The notes under the pieces were generated by a model, which was given only the letters and a program-made list of their open reading frames with translations, was not told the DNA's origin and made no database searches. From contig CAVNZM010000004.1 in NCBI GenBank assembly GCA_963693365.1, forward strand, positions 7,167,093 to 7,231,092: 64,000 bases of DNA. The letters run 5' to 3'. The number at the start of each line of letters is the position of its first letter. Within the stretch, counting starts at the first letter, position 1. The translations under genes and the position numbers were made by a program. This document shows, in pieces, positions 1 to 14,235 of this stretch. The DNA is from Amoebidium appalachense. Its lineage: Eukaryota > Protista > Ichthyosporea.

Positions 1-410
1 GAGGATGGGAGAGGGGGGGGGGGGGGGAGGGGGGAGGGGAAGATTGACGGGGAAGAGGCCGGGGGCCGGGGGGGGGGGGGGGGGGGGGGGGGAGGAGGGG
101 AGGAAGTGGGAAGGTGCTAGAGACCTGGGATTTGTTGAGCCTAGGGAACCCTTCATACTGCCCAATACCGTAATATGAGAAAGATGCCCCCCCTCCTCCC
201 CGTCGTCCCCCCCCCCCTCTCTCTCTACTCCCCGCCCTCCCCCATTCCCAGCCCACACACTTGAGGCTCTCCCTTACACCCCCCCCCCCCCCCCCCCTCT
301 TCCCTGCCCCTCCCCGGGGCCCGCCTTCCCCTCGTTTCCCCAAACTACCACCGGCAATCCCTCGAACCCCCCCTCCCCCCCCCCCTCCCTCCCCCCCCCC
401 CCTCCCCCCC

Positions 411-467
<57 letters not shown>

Positions 468-605
468 GAACACACCGGCCCAAGAAAACACACACACACA
501 ACAAAAAAAAGAACCAGAAAAACGATAAAAGTTACATTATTGGTAGGGTGCATAAGCGCAAGCCGCTGCATGCATGGGAGGGAGAAAAGAAGGGGGGGGG
601 GGGGA

Positions 606-639
<34 letters not shown>

Positions 640-839
640 TTCGAGAGAAAAAAAATGTGTGCGCCCTCGAATTTGAAGTTCGAGGGGAGGGTTAAGAATG
701 TCCCTCTAGTGCCCTCGCCCATGAGTTTTGGGCTGTAATAATATTCCCATTCCCCCTCTTTTTGGTTTTAAAGATTTTTTTTTTTTTTTTTTTTTTCCCC
801 CGGGGGGGGGGGGGGAGGGGGGGGGGGGGGGGGAGGGGT

Positions 840-922
840 TTGAATGCGTCAAAAAGTACGAATTACACAAGAACAAACGGATAACACGATGCAGAATGCA
901 AGCCATACATAAAGAGTATGAA
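840..922 (-). repeat. 3' fragment of dispersed ~300-bp repeat family (copy A)
   Basis: Near-identical to 22626-22708 (GAATGCGTCAAAAAGTACGAA...CATACATAAAGAGTATG) and to the reverse complement of 19170-19252; flanked by poly-G on both sides. Confidence 0.9.
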
Positions 923-1244
923 TAATGGGGGGGCGGGGGAGAGGGGGGGGGGGGGGGGGGGGAGGGGTAAGGGGCATTGGGGGGGGGGGGGGGGGGGGTG
1001 ATTATTATGGTAACGGAAAATGATTGTTGTCTTTACGACAAGGGGTCCTTCGTTACGAGAATTGTCAACAGTGTCTGTTTCAATATTAGCGTGGCCCAAT
1101 CAGAATCGGTCAATGAGTGTTGGTGCATGATAAACAGCCAATCCAAGCACTTGTGGTGTGCCCCGGGATGCTTTTCATCAACGGTCGTGAGGACTCTTGC
1201 CGGAGGGGGGAAGGAGAAAGGGGGGGGGGGGAGGGAAGGGATGG

Positions 1245-1278
<34 letters not shown>

Positions 1279-1729
1279 GGGAGGGGGGTTGACAGACCAC
1301 TGGGCTGGTGGGTTGGACAGCAATTCTTTCCTTCACCTGTTGAAGGAAATGGAGGGTGGCGGGGTCCAAGTTTGTGCGAATCTCCCCCCCCTCCCCCCTC
1401 CCTCCCTCCCCCTCCCCCTCTCCCCGCGGACCACCACCCCCCACCCCCCCAACCCCCCCAAAAAGTACAAGGACAAAAAAAGGGGGGGGAGGGGAGGGGA
1501 GGGGAGGGGGGGGGGAAGGGGGTATGGCGGTCAGGTTTCGTCGGAAACATGAGAACTTGTCTGATTAAGGGCCTAAGGCCTCTGGTGCGACCAGGCGGGA
1601 GCACTGCCTGTGACATTCCTTTTTTGGCTAATGTAGTTGTACCGACTTTCAGACCATGCGGCATTAAGTGTAAAGGACACAATTACCTGGGCCTTAAAGC
1701 CAATCACTATGACCATCATCTCATGATAT

Positions 1730-1840
1730 TGTGTGTGTGTGTGTGTGAGTGTGTGTGTGTGTGCGTGTGAGTGTGAGTGTGAGTGTATGTGTGTTTGTGT
1801 GCGTGTGTGTGTGTGTGTGTGCGCGCGCGCGTGCGTGCGC

Positions 1841-1875
<35 letters not shown>

Positions 1876-2043
1876 TGTGTGTGTGCATGCGTGTGTGCGT
1901 GCGTCGTGCGTGCGTGCATGCGTGTGTGTGCTGGTGTGCGTGTGCCCGGGCGTGCGGGCGCGCGAGTGAGCGCGCTGTTTCACGTGCGTGCTTGTGTGTA
2001 TGCATACCTGCGTGCGCGCACGTGTGCTTTGACAATAATATGA

Positions 2044-2120
<77 letters not shown>

Positions 2121-2132
2121 CACGGTGTGTGT

Positions 2133-2230
<98 letters not shown>

Positions 2231-2356
2231 GTCATGGTGTGTGCGTGTGTACGTGCGTGTGTGTCACTGTGCATGTACGTGGGTGTGTGCGTGTGTGTGT
2301 GTGCATCGTCAGTGCGTGTGTGTGCATCGTGTGCGTGTGCATGTGTGCGTATGTGA
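1730..2356. repeat. Compound (TG)n/(GCGT)n microsatellite
   Basis: Direct reading; the ORFs over it are CVCV/THTH artefacts. Confidence 0.95.
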
Positions 2357-4542
2357 TTAACATCTACATATATGACTGACAGTTATTACTTTTGTGTGAT
2401 TTACGCATACTACTTGTATGGATTTGCGTGCGCCAAATCATTGCCACAGTGGCATGTTGCTTGGGCAGGAAAACTAACGGGGTCAATATATAAAGCGTGA
2501 GAAGAGAATTAGGGTTTTAGATTTTTCTATTACCGACATTAGTTCTGAATATCGTGCGTGTTATTTGACCATTTATGGCTGTATTGATTTGTTGGCACGT
2601 GCAAGAGGTACACGCAGGTAAATTGCCATAATAAGTACACATGTACTCAGTTCGTGAGTGTTGCCTGAATTTTTCTTTAGAAAGAGAAGAGGACGATAAA
2701 GACGACAACGGGGGTGAAGAAGGGACGGACGACGGAGGTGGTGGAGGCTACCTAAAAAAAGTACTTGTGAAAAGGGGAGGAGGCGCGGGGGGTAATCCTA
2801 ACGAACGGGGAACTACCAAACACTGAACGCGCATACTCAGTGCAGTATGTATATTTCTCATCGAACGTTTCAAAGAACCCCACAAAAGCGATTGATGCCC
2901 TTGCTTGTTCATCATGGCATCTTTTACTTGATGTGTCCGTAGCATGCACCTGCTATGCACCTGTACATGTGTCCACACGCACATGCTGACTCCCATGTAC
3001 AACACAACATGGATGCGAACATGCACTGCCAACAAACATGCGTGTGAGTGACTGTGCAGTGCATGCACGCACCAAGCACGCTGGCAGTTGCAACTTGCGA
3101 AAATGCGATTTCGTGCGCCAAACGAGCTCTAATTGGTGGCCTAAGTCACAGCCAATCAGCAGACGTTGGTGGATCAAGCGACTGGTGCAGATCTGGCCAA
3201 TCATAATGAGGGAGAAGAATGATGTGGGACGAGAATGGATTATCCGCTAATATAATAGCCTTGATGTAAATAATAATTCTTTTGGAGCTATAATAAATAA
3301 TTTGATTTATAATCGAAGTTTGTTACACACGTTTTGAGGCCTCTTTATTGTGTGAATAGCGGACGGATCGGATCCAAAGAAAATGTGTGGCCAGAGAGTG
3401 GCAAATTATCCCGCCTTTTATCACATCTGTCTGATTAGTCTGATTATGATACAGACAGGTTTGCGAATCACGTAAGGGCTGAATTTAGGCTCCGAAATAA
3501 AATAAAACAGCGAATTTTACAATTTTATTATATTATAATCTTTAATTTATTGCCTTAATGTTGTATACTTCTTCTAATAGATGCTACAGGCAACCTTCAG
3601 TGACACTGCAATGACTGCATCAGGTACGGTCTGAGAGCCTAGCACCATAGATTTGCATGCCTCTAAGAGCCAAGTCCTTAGCCAATCGCATCGCGCCTCC
3701 CTCCCCCATTAATACGTCAGCAACGCATGGATCTCTTTCCTCGTTGTTTCAAACACAGGTGGGAAATAGAAAACAAACAAAGTGATGTCCACACGCAATA
3801 TTGATCCCCACAGGTATTATGCATTACACACCAGTTTGTCTATATATATAAAAATTTAAGTTGATTGGGTGGGTTTCTTTTATTTTAAGAAAACCCTATT
3901 TGGCACGTGCGCACTGCTGTCGTAAAGTGGCTGGAAAACCGATATAAACGAGGGATCTATATTTGCGATTGTGTCAACAAGCAACAAAAACGAGGGTGAG
4001 AGTGCCAAAACACGGTGCGTGCATCCTACGTGACACACAGTGCACACCAAACGGCCTATACTTCACTACTCTGCTCAGGCTAGGAAGAGAAAGAAAAGAA
4101 GGGCTTTACCCCAAAAGTTTTTCTCGCGGGCTTCGGGTACTAGTGAACGTCGTGTACTAGTTCTTCTCTTACGTTCTTCGCATTTGATCCCGCTAGGCCA
4201 TTGCACACTCCATACACACGTCAACAACCGATTCGGGCAACGCCATCTCTGTTTGAACGTCTGAGAGGTGTTCTGTTATTCCAGGTTCTAATATTCTCTG
4301 TAATTTTCTCCGAAAAAGTGAGAGCCAAGAGTTCTTAGAACGTAGCGTCACAGGTGTATGCTTCATCGCTTCTTTAGAATTTCTTCTGTCAACTCAGCAT
4401 TCTGCCCCGTGCCACTGGTGGTTGTAGCAACTCCACTTTGAACACCCCACTTTGAACAACCTATGTGAGCCTGCTCTCCACAGCCTTTTACGATATTTCC
4501 AATAAGCACACACGCACGTTTGGCTGGCAGGAGCAGCGAAAA

Positions 4543-5598
4543 ATGGCGACACCACCACTGGTACAAGACATTCCCATGGTCAATGCAACAAGTAGCACAA
4601 TGAGTGCAAGCAGTAGCGTTTCACTTCCTGCAGTGTCCTCATCTTCCGTGGCAGTCGATGCACCGGGTAGCCAGTCATTTTCCACGACACACCTTCTGGC
4701 AGTTTCTATTCCCACCACACCACGGTCTGCCCCACCCGCATATGCCGCTGCCTGCGACCTCCCGGGGGAAGATTCCATGCACACAGCTGTCGATGGAACG
4801 GCCGAGCTTGTTCCGGCACCAAGTTCATTCGTTGGAGACAGTGATGATAGCGAGGTTACACCACCCGAATACGGTGAGATTGAGTCCCAATTTACCCAAT
4901 TTGCCGATGCCAACGAGGAGCCGAAAGTGCTCGTCGTGAGGGAGACGAACTACGCAAACATCCCACGGCACGTTTTGAGACGAAAGCAGATGCTGCGGGG
5001 GTTCGCTATGGGCGTTTCACCGTTCATCTTCTCTACGTGTATGCTCCTTCACGTATTGCCCATGTGGTTCGTGCACTACCACAACCCACGCACTCCGACG
5101 GTAGATCCCATCAGCGTGAAGCACAGAAACATTGGTTTGTGGGTACAGTGTGCGACTGCCCTACGCGGTTGCAAACGCATGACGGAGGACAACATTGCGT
5201 TTTCGGACCCTGCATTCCGGCTTCTGGAAATCTCCCGCGCCATCTTGGTGGTGGGCATGGTGTGCATGCTCCTGTACGCGGTCATCGTCTACACGTATCT
5301 GAACCTCAACAAGCGGGCGTTGGCGTTGAAGTTTCGCTACGCTCTGTGGGCGCTCTCCCTCGTTCAGTCCCTCGCTTTGGGTCTCGGCCTGTTGGTGGTT
5401 TTGGCGGCGGCGCAGCAGATGCCCGGGGCGGTGTTGGGCCCGTGTGTGTACATTGGCTTTGTAGCGTTCGCGCTGTCAATGGTGCAGAATGCGTGCCATT
5501 TCTTCGGGCTGTGCCACTGCTACTGCACGGTGGAGCTCGATCCGATTACCTTAAATAGGGAGGCCTACGGGCAGGTGAGTCTACCTGCGGGGTTTTAA
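4543..5598 (+). CDS. Claudin/PMP22-superfamily-like four-TM membrane protein with long Ser/Pro-rich N-terminus
   Basis: First ATG at 4543, after a likely 5'UTR acceptor (TGGCAG). Four hydrophobic segments; the first loop carries the claudin signature W...GLW..C......C (PMWF...NIGLWVQCATALRGC). A perfect CAG|GTGAGT donor near 5575 means the 3' end could be spliced further. Confidence 0.75.
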   Translation: MATPPLVQDIPMVNATSSTMSASSSVSLPAVSSSSVAVDAPGSQSFSTTHLLAVSIPTTPRSAPPAYAAACDLPGEDSMHTAVDGTAELVPAPSSFVGDSDDSEVTPPEYGEIESQFTQFADANEEPKVLVVRETNYANIPRHVLRRKQMLRGFAMGVSPFIFSTCMLLHVLPMWFVHYHNPRTPTVDPISVKHRNIGLWVQCATALRGCKRMTEDNIAFSDPAFRLLEISRAILVVGMVCMLLYAVIVYTYLNLNKRALALKFRYALWALSLVQSLALGLGLLVVLAAAQQMPGAVLGPCVYIGFVAFALSMVQNACHFFGLCHCYCTVELDPITLNREAYGQVSLPAGF

Positions 5599-5992
5599 TT
5601 CAGAGCGGCTCAGTGAATTTTTCAATGTTATAATTTTCGAAGTGAGCATACTACGGAATGGTTAGACGGGGAGAATGAGAGGACTTATGAAAGTCATTAT
5701 GGCGGTAGGATAAAATGAGAATGTGTATTGGTTCAGGTGTTGGAATAGTATGTTTGTCGAATATTGGCACCATAGCTATATGCTCAGGGTCACATGAAAG
5801 GGCGGCGCTTGACGCATGTTATAGAGTCGACGTCAGTGAGGCAGACTGTCATGTTGTAAAGCTAACATTAGAGTTTTGATGTGGGGCCATATACGGATAT
5901 ATGTTTATACCCTGTGCACATACAAACACATGCAGTAGCACTTGTACAGACTACTTTGTGGCACTTTCACGGATTACTTTAGTGCAACTAGT

Positions 5993-6103
<111 letters not shown>

Positions 6104-6967
6104 CTGGGCGCCCCACCGTGCATTGCTTCTCATGCTGTACCTTACCTGATTTTGTTATGCTAGGCTAAAGTATTTGCGGAAAAGGTAACTCTAGTATCGT
6201 TATTGAGACATTTACGGTAGAGATGGGCGGTGTGCCTAAAGTTTCCATGTTCTACCATTAGGAACTGCCCACCGAATGCAAATGCCCTTGCTCGTATGGG
6301 AAAACACAACCACCCTCCCGAATGTGCTGCCACCTTTTAAAGGCACCTTAATCCTATTTGATGTACCGGAAGTGTTGAGCAGTTACTGGCTGCCGCTGTG
6401 CCATATCAGTGATATGGGAGATATAAAAGGGACAGTTTTGGGGGTTTTTCCCTGAAACTATCTCGTAAAGCTTCAACAATAGATTGAACTAATATATATT
6501 GATCAAGACTTAACCGTTAATGATATCTCTGGTTACCTCTCACGCACGGGCTGCTGCTTTATCCACACTATCCTTCACGTGTATGACGTCTAATATATGT
6601 ACATATTATGTCGACATCTCCCGGTTTGACGTTATTTTGACTTTAAACCTTCGGTTATGTCATATTGAAGGTAGAGTCTATCATAGGGTTTTGCCCTTAT
6701 AAGTGGTGCTATCGAGGTCTGTTTCAGAAAATACCTGATAGGCCAATAACGGAATTCTACAGAAATGCCAGCATAGACCCGCTCACTGGTGCCAACCTGG
6801 CAGAGCCCCCCCCCCCCCCCCCCCCCCCCCCCTCCCGTTCCCACCCCCAACCCCACCCCCCACCGCTCCAAAAGCGGCCGCGGGCAGAGCTCAGGAAGAT
6901 GCAGTAAGTTGTACTGAGCTCCAGAAGGCAAGAGGGAGATGGGGAAAGAGATGGGAAGGGGGCGCGC

Positions 6968-7004
<37 letters not shown>

Positions 7005-7358
7005 AGGCGGGGAGGGGGAAGGTGGGGGGAGGGGAGGTGGGGGGCCGGGGACATAGTATGTGGATACAACGAGGAATAAACGGACTGATAGGCTGCAGAA
7101 AGTGTACGGATTCAACCAAGTAGCCGGAAATTGAGCACTTTCAAACGGTGTTCTGTGAAGTTCAAGGGGGGAGAGGCCGGGGGGGAGAGTTGGGGGGGGG
7201 GGGGGGGGGGGGGGGGGGAAGGGCGCACCATCACCAGTCCATGATCTACAGGCTGAAGGACGGGCCGGGGGAGAAGAAGGGGGGAGGGGGGGGGGGGGGG
7301 GGGGGGCAGCTACCACCTATTCGAGTAGGTACCTCTCCCCCCCCCTCCCCTCCCCCCC

Positions 7359-7392
<34 letters not shown>

Positions 7393-8089
7393 CCCCCTCC
7401 TCCTCCTCCAGCCTGCTGAGGGATGGTGGGTCCTTTCTTCCCATTTACCCCTGGCCACCACCACTACAGTGACCACCATAACCGATGACTAGTAATAGCC
7501 TTTAGGGCCCTTATGTTTGGAAATCATTGATCGAATTGCAATTTACCATCCTCCCTATCATGCAGCTGTTCCCATGGGTCAATACAAGCGTGTAGCTTAC
7601 CCATTAGTGTACATACGTATGAGAATTAATTTCAGACGGAATGCAGTACAACATGTACATTGTTGTACACGCTTATCAGTGCCCCCGTCCCCCCCCCCCC
7701 CCCCCCCCCCCCTCCCCCCCTCTCCCCGCGGGGCCCCCACCGCCCCCCGTTCCCCCCCCCATTCTACAGGGGCTCGGAGTCTTTCCTCCCTACGCCCCCT
7801 GCCGAAATCGAAAAGGCGACCACTGGTCACTCACAACGGTTCTACCGTGACATCAGTGTGCTCACTTCAAATAACATCAAACCAAATCCCTCCCCCACGC
7901 CCCACCCCACCCCCCGGCCCCACCCGGATGCACACGATTGTGTGACTGGCTACCGTGTTTCTCTCACCAATTCACGCTACAAGTACACGAGTGGATATCT
8001 TTTTACCTTTCGAATCGGCCACTCAAGAGATAAACTTGCTCCACAACTACATAACCTTGGCATCAGAAGCAAATAGACACAATGCCTAT

Positions 8090-8157
8090 GTGCCACACAC
8101 ACGCACAAGACAACATGTCGCATATGCAAACACACATGCCGCACACACACATATCGT

Positions 8158-8188
<31 letters not shown>

Positions 8189-8197
8189 TGACACACA

Positions 8198-8261
<64 letters not shown>

Positions 8262-8359
8262 AACACACACAAACACGCACACACGCACACACACACACAC
8301 ACACACACCGTGACACACACACACACACATACACACACACACCGTGACACACACACACA

Positions 8360-8430
<71 letters not shown>
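8090..8430. repeat. Compound (CA)n microsatellite
   Basis: Direct reading. Confidence 0.95.
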
Positions 8431-8435
<5 letters not shown>

Positions 8436-8543
8436 AAAAAAGCATGCACACACGGACGAATGCTTTTCATACAACGGTACAGATATGGCACATACCGGCA
8501 CCGTGCACACACGCACGCACAGACACATCATGATCTGCAAAAA

Positions 8544-8817
8544 GCAGAATTATTCAGCAACAGCAGAACTATTCTGGAAACAACAGAGTTGTTTTGCTGC
8601 CGAATTATTCTGCTAAATGCAGAATTATTCTGCATGGCACCAAGTTTAATCTGCTGCCGTGAGCAGAATACTTCTGCCTTTTGCGGAGTAATTCTTTTTA
8701 AAGCAGCTTGGTTCTTCTAACACCAGAGTAATTCTGCCTTATACGGTATAATTCTGCTTTTTGCTAGTATTTCTGCTTTTGCATAATAATTCTGCTCGAA
8801 GCAAGTTGACTCTGCCG
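8544..8817. repeat. Degenerate minisatellite of a palindromic ~18-20 bp unit (GCAGAATTATTCTGC)
   Basis: About a dozen decayed copies, e.g. gcagaattattcagc, gcagaactattctgg, gcagaattattctgc, gcagaatacttctgc, ccagagtaattctgc. Confidence 0.8.
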
Positions 8818-8949
8818 ATGTGGCTGGGCCCTACCGAATGTATGATCCGATAGTAACACGGCGCACACACGCGCTGCCAAGCACTTATACACAGACGTAT
8901 ATGCGACCGGTGAAGGTGGAAGCTCGAGGCTGGTAGGTTGGGCGCGTGG

Positions 8950-9225
<276 letters not shown>

Positions 9226-9475
9226 TTACGTAGGCAAGATGGAGCAGCCCGGGGGAGTGGTAGTTGAACCCAACCACTATTACCGCGGTTGTTCTCCCAT
9301 GTCTGGTGAATGAAGAGGGCGAAGGGGAGGGGGGGGGGGGGGGGGGGGGGGGGGAGGAGGGGAGATCTCGAACCACCACAAAAGCTTGGGTCCTCGACGG
9401 GGGGCATGTACGGTGGGAGGTAGGTTTGGTTTGGGGGCCTCGGGGGTAAGGCGGGAGGAGGAGGAGGAGGAGGAG

Positions 9476-9513
<38 letters not shown>

Positions 9514-11274
9514 CGGCTTCGATCGTTCCTTTCCGCCCACTATGGCGACCTCTTCGAATTCGGCCCGTGCCGCTTACAATAAAAAGGCAGTCAATCGAAT
9601 TCAAGGCGGGCACTTTTAGTAGATATCTATTATGTGCGACCAAAAAAAAATAGCCCTGCACTACTACTATTGCTGGCAGAAAACGCGTATGCACGTGTGT
9701 GTCTTAGTGCATCCTCCCTGCCTTTGCGAACGCCGTGGTATTCTTTCTGTTTGAGTCCGTATACAGTATCATCAGTATGTATAAACTGTTTGTGTCCCCC
9801 CGGATCCTGAGTTTGGCTGAGCCACCACCAGTGCTGTGACTGTATACGTAGGGCCTTGAAGACAAGGCCGAGTTATTATAACCCTGCATCCCCATTTGTA
9901 TTGTGCGCGAGCCTTCGCTGCGCGGATGCCATGACACAAATGAGCCTTTTCTCGGACGTAATACCTTTACAGTTCTATTATTATTTTTATGTATATTTGT
10001 AGGTTTATAACCTCGTTGTTTCCCGGTTCTGTCAAAAAAAAGAATAAAAAAAAAAGGGAATTTCCGTGCGATGTTTCTGTGCATTTGGGACTTCAATTGC
10101 AAGCCCTGCAATATTTGAAGGGTGATTGGATAGGATCGCACCACAGCCCGATTTCGCCAAAGAGTCAGCCTAAAGTGCTGTGACACTGTCTATGTTACGG
10201 CAACCAAAGATTCCTATATACGCGTGAGCCAAGATTTGCCGCATGTGTTTTTATTTCATTACAAAAAACACGAAAGTATACAAGTACAGTGAATTTGTAT
10301 TATGTTTTTCCAGCCTAACACATGGCCTTTTTGAGTGGGCACAGCTGACCGGCGGGCGGCGGAGCCACAGCCAAGATCTGTGACAGTGATTGGTTAAAAT
10401 CCCGGGAATCGCAAGCCGCACCAGCCGGTATCACAATTTGTGGGTTTTATAAAGTACTGCACTAATTGGACAGCGGCCGCAAATTTAATACCTGTAAAAG
10501 GTTACGGTTTGAACACTACTTTTTTTTGCTATCAAACTGTATAGATAAATACGAAACACACAAAATTGTTTTTAAGAATTTTAAATGTATAATATTCTAC
10601 CTTTGTTATCTTTGTTATGGTTAATTAACCTATGTATATTAGTATTAGCTTGTACGGTAGCTGATATATCATGCACGGTCATTACCGGTAAAATTTGAAC
10701 ATGATGATTGGTTTAGACACACAACGCCAGTTTTAGCCAATCATCCATATCCTTCTAGATCTCAGGAATCTTACGAACACCTGACTGTTGCTTTTAATAG
10801 TCGTCCTCCCAGCTTTCAAGAATGTATCTGCACGCACATATATGACATATGGTTTAAAATAATCTGTGAGCGTTCTACAGTATTACATGTCCTACTTCGT
10901 GTAGCCAACTTTGGGGGTTGGATCGGGCGGCTATCAGTCTTGGATGAAATTGGAGTCTTTATTTGTTGACTTTTTGATCTCCTGATTTTGACTACTTAAA
11001 ATCTAATGCTAGTCGTTAGATAAAGTTTAAAGATGTTTCTACTATGTACGTTTTAATTGTTTAAATTTCCTTGGGCTTGGAAACCACTTGCCGGTTTCCG
11101 CCGCACGTGTTGTCTTGGCGGGAACCAATAGGAACCATTCATCCGAAAAGTTGGCGTGTACAAACAGCCGCACGCCGCAAGCACTCGCACAAAAACCCAA
11201 GGCGAAAACGAGCCCCTTTACCGGCACTCCTTCAAACACAGGCTTTTTCCTCTCCGGAAGTACAAAACATAAGA

Positions 11275-11553
11275 ATGCCCCACGTAAGTATTACCGCAAT
11301 CCCTGTTTCTCTCTTCTTTACTTTTCTACAAAAGCATCATTACTTGCCTTGAAACGATGCAACTTAGGGTTAGTGATTCCCTGTACTTGCAAATACACTA
11401 CTCTGGCATGCAGGGGATAAGAATTGAGCAAAAATGGGAAAGAGACCAACGTGATAGGGTTGATCTATCCACACAAACGCACAATCCACACATCTTCAAT
11501 CTGTTCCCCTTTCCCGATACATCTGACTCGTCTTTCTTTGATCTCTAGCAATA

Positions 11554-11590
<37 letters not shown>

Positions 11591-11689
11591 TGATAGGGTT
11601 GATCTATCCACACAAACGCACAATCCACACATCTTCAATCTGTTCCCCTTTCCCGATACATCTGACTCGTCTTTGATCTCTAGCAATAT

Positions 11690-11720
<31 letters not shown>

Positions 11721-12020
11721 CCCCCCCCCCCCCCCCCCCCTTTCCCCCCTTTCACTCTCACTCTCGGTCACACACACACATTCTCTCTCTCCCTCTCCGC
11801 CTCCGCCCCTCCCCCCCCCCCCCCCCCCCCCCCCCCCGCCTCTTTAAGGATTCGCTCTTCACCTGGTGCGGACTAGTTTCTGTTTTTTTAGGCCATATGT
11901 GTCTTGTACTGTTTACCTCAAGTCTAAACCCTCCACTGCCACCCTTTCCTGCTTTTATTCTCATAACAACTTCCCTGATGGGGCATCTCACTTTCCTTTC
12001 CCCCTTCAGCCTCTTCCCCA

Positions 12021-12059
<39 letters not shown>

Positions 12060-14199
12060 ACACACACACAGGGATTCACTGCAATCTATTCCCGCTTTCC
12101 TTCCTTCCCCCGTCACTATGATGACCTCCCGAGAGGGATGAAAGGTGGGATGGAGACACACACACACACACACACTCAGAGACATGTGCGTGCTCGGGCC
12201 TTGGCTTTCCCTGGCCCAACCAACCCCATTTCATTTCTTCCGGTTTTTTCACTTATGGAGGTCCTCGCCAATACCTATAACCTCTCTTATATCCCAACAT
12301 CCCCACCCATGCCCACCGCCTTCTCCACCAGAACATCAATGCAGCCTTTTCTCCCCCCCCCCCCCCCCCTCCTTTTCCCTTCGTTCCCTAGAACACGTTC
12401 TAACCTCCCCCCCCCCCCCCCCCCCTCCCCCTCTCCCTCCACCCGGGCCCCCGTCCCCTTACAGAGACACGGAGAGACGCAAGAGCGCGTTGCCCAGACT
12501 GAGTTCTGGAAGGCACACAGCAAAGATGCCAGTCTGGAGGAGATGATGTTGGACACCCACGGCTCCGAAATTGCTGCAAAGGACAAGCCTGAAATTCTCT
12601 CCTACCTGCCACCTCTTAAGGCATGAATCCCCCCTCAAACCCCAACACCCAACCCCAACCACCCCTCAACTCCCTCCCCCCCCCCCCCTCTTCACGAACA
12701 CAACTGCCTAATCACAACTATGCACATGATTTTGATTTTTAGATCCCCGTGCCCCCCGCCCCTGCCCCCTAAACCCCCCCCCCACCCCACCCCTTCTTCC
12801 CAGGCAACGTAAACAGGCGATGTGTATGTGTATCCCCTTCCCCTCTTCCCGTATGACCTGATCTCTAACCCGAGCACCTGCTGCACCTACCCCTCCCACC
12901 TCCTTCTCCTTTCCATGTGCCAGTATGTAATGTTGCACGTATCACGTGATCACAGAGCAACGGATTCATTGTGATATCTGAGCATCGACTAATGTGACAT
13001 TGCACCAATAGGACAAGCGTGTTCTCGAGCTGGGTGCTGGAATTGGCCGGTTCTCTGGCACGCTTGCCGAGGAGGCCAAGAGCGTTATTGCCGTCGACTT
13101 TATGGACTCCTTCTGCGCTAAAAATAGAGTTGCCAACGGCCACTATAACAACCTGACCGTCATCTGCTCCGACGTGACGTCCCTCGAGTTCCCCAACGTA
13201 AGTGGACCGGAATTGGAATTGTGAAGTGAAACTAGTTTTTTTTTTTTTTGGCGGGGGGGGGGGGGGGGGGGGAGGGAAGACTGATGGTGAAGGGGTTGGG
13301 TGTGGGTGTGGGAGGGGAGCGGGGAGGGAAGGGGGGGAGGGGGGGGACGTTGCAGGGGACGGGAGCCAGTAGCATGGGCATATTTGGTTTCCGGGGGAGG
13401 GAAGAGTGGGGGGGGGGAGGGCTGGCTACGGACATGCATGTCAGGATTCATTGGAAGGAAGTGATTTGGTAGCATCTGAGGGGGGCAGGTGTATGGGGAA
13501 GGGGATCGTGGGGCCGAGGGGGGGGGGGGGGGGGGGGGGGCTAGGTTGGAAAAGAGCAGGGAGACGTGCTTGGGAACGCAGTGAAAGGGGAATTGTGAGG
13601 GGCTCTGAGTCACAATTAAAAAAGGAAAGACAAAAACATTCTGCAGTATCTGGCGGGTAGAGTTAAGTGGGGCTCATTGGGTGAGAATAAGTAGGGAGGG
13701 GAACGGGGGGGAGGGGGGGGGGGGAGGAGGTTGGTGTGGGAATGGCCGTGTTGCTCAGTATATATAGCTTGTGGAGGTGGGTGGGGGTGATGGGGGAGGG
13801 GGGGGGGGGGAAAGCGAGGGAAAAGGAAAGTATTATGAAAAGCGGCTATGAAGAAGAGTTTAAGGCTGGAATGTGAGGATGTTTTACCCTTTTGGGGACG
13901 GGGGGGGGGGGGAGGGGGGAGGAGTGAGAGAAGAAGAAGAGAGGGCAGGGCGACTGGATATCTGGCTCATTTGCGTGATGTAAGTGGAAAAGGGGTCTCC
14001 CGGGGGAAGGGCAAGGTGGGGGATGAAGGAGGTAACGGACGTGGGTTGCAGTTATGGTGGCGGTGTGGGTGTGGGTGTGGGTGTTTTTTTTTTTTTTTTT
14101 TTTTTTTGGGGGGGGGGGGGGGGAAGGCTCGATGGAACACCACACATATGTACAGACAAAAGCAACCCTTCCCTACCTCCGCCGGTCTCAAGCTCACGA

Positions 14200-14235
<36 letters not shown>

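Noticed and set aside
1020-1700. Non-repetitive islands between poly-G tracts as possible exons of a minus-strand gene
   Set aside because: No recognisable protein motif and no consistent splice chain could be built.
8544-8817. CRISPR-like array or heat-shock elements
   Set aside because: No unique spacers or cas genes, eukaryotic context, and GAA-nnn-TTC spacing does not match the nGAAnnTTCn HSE.
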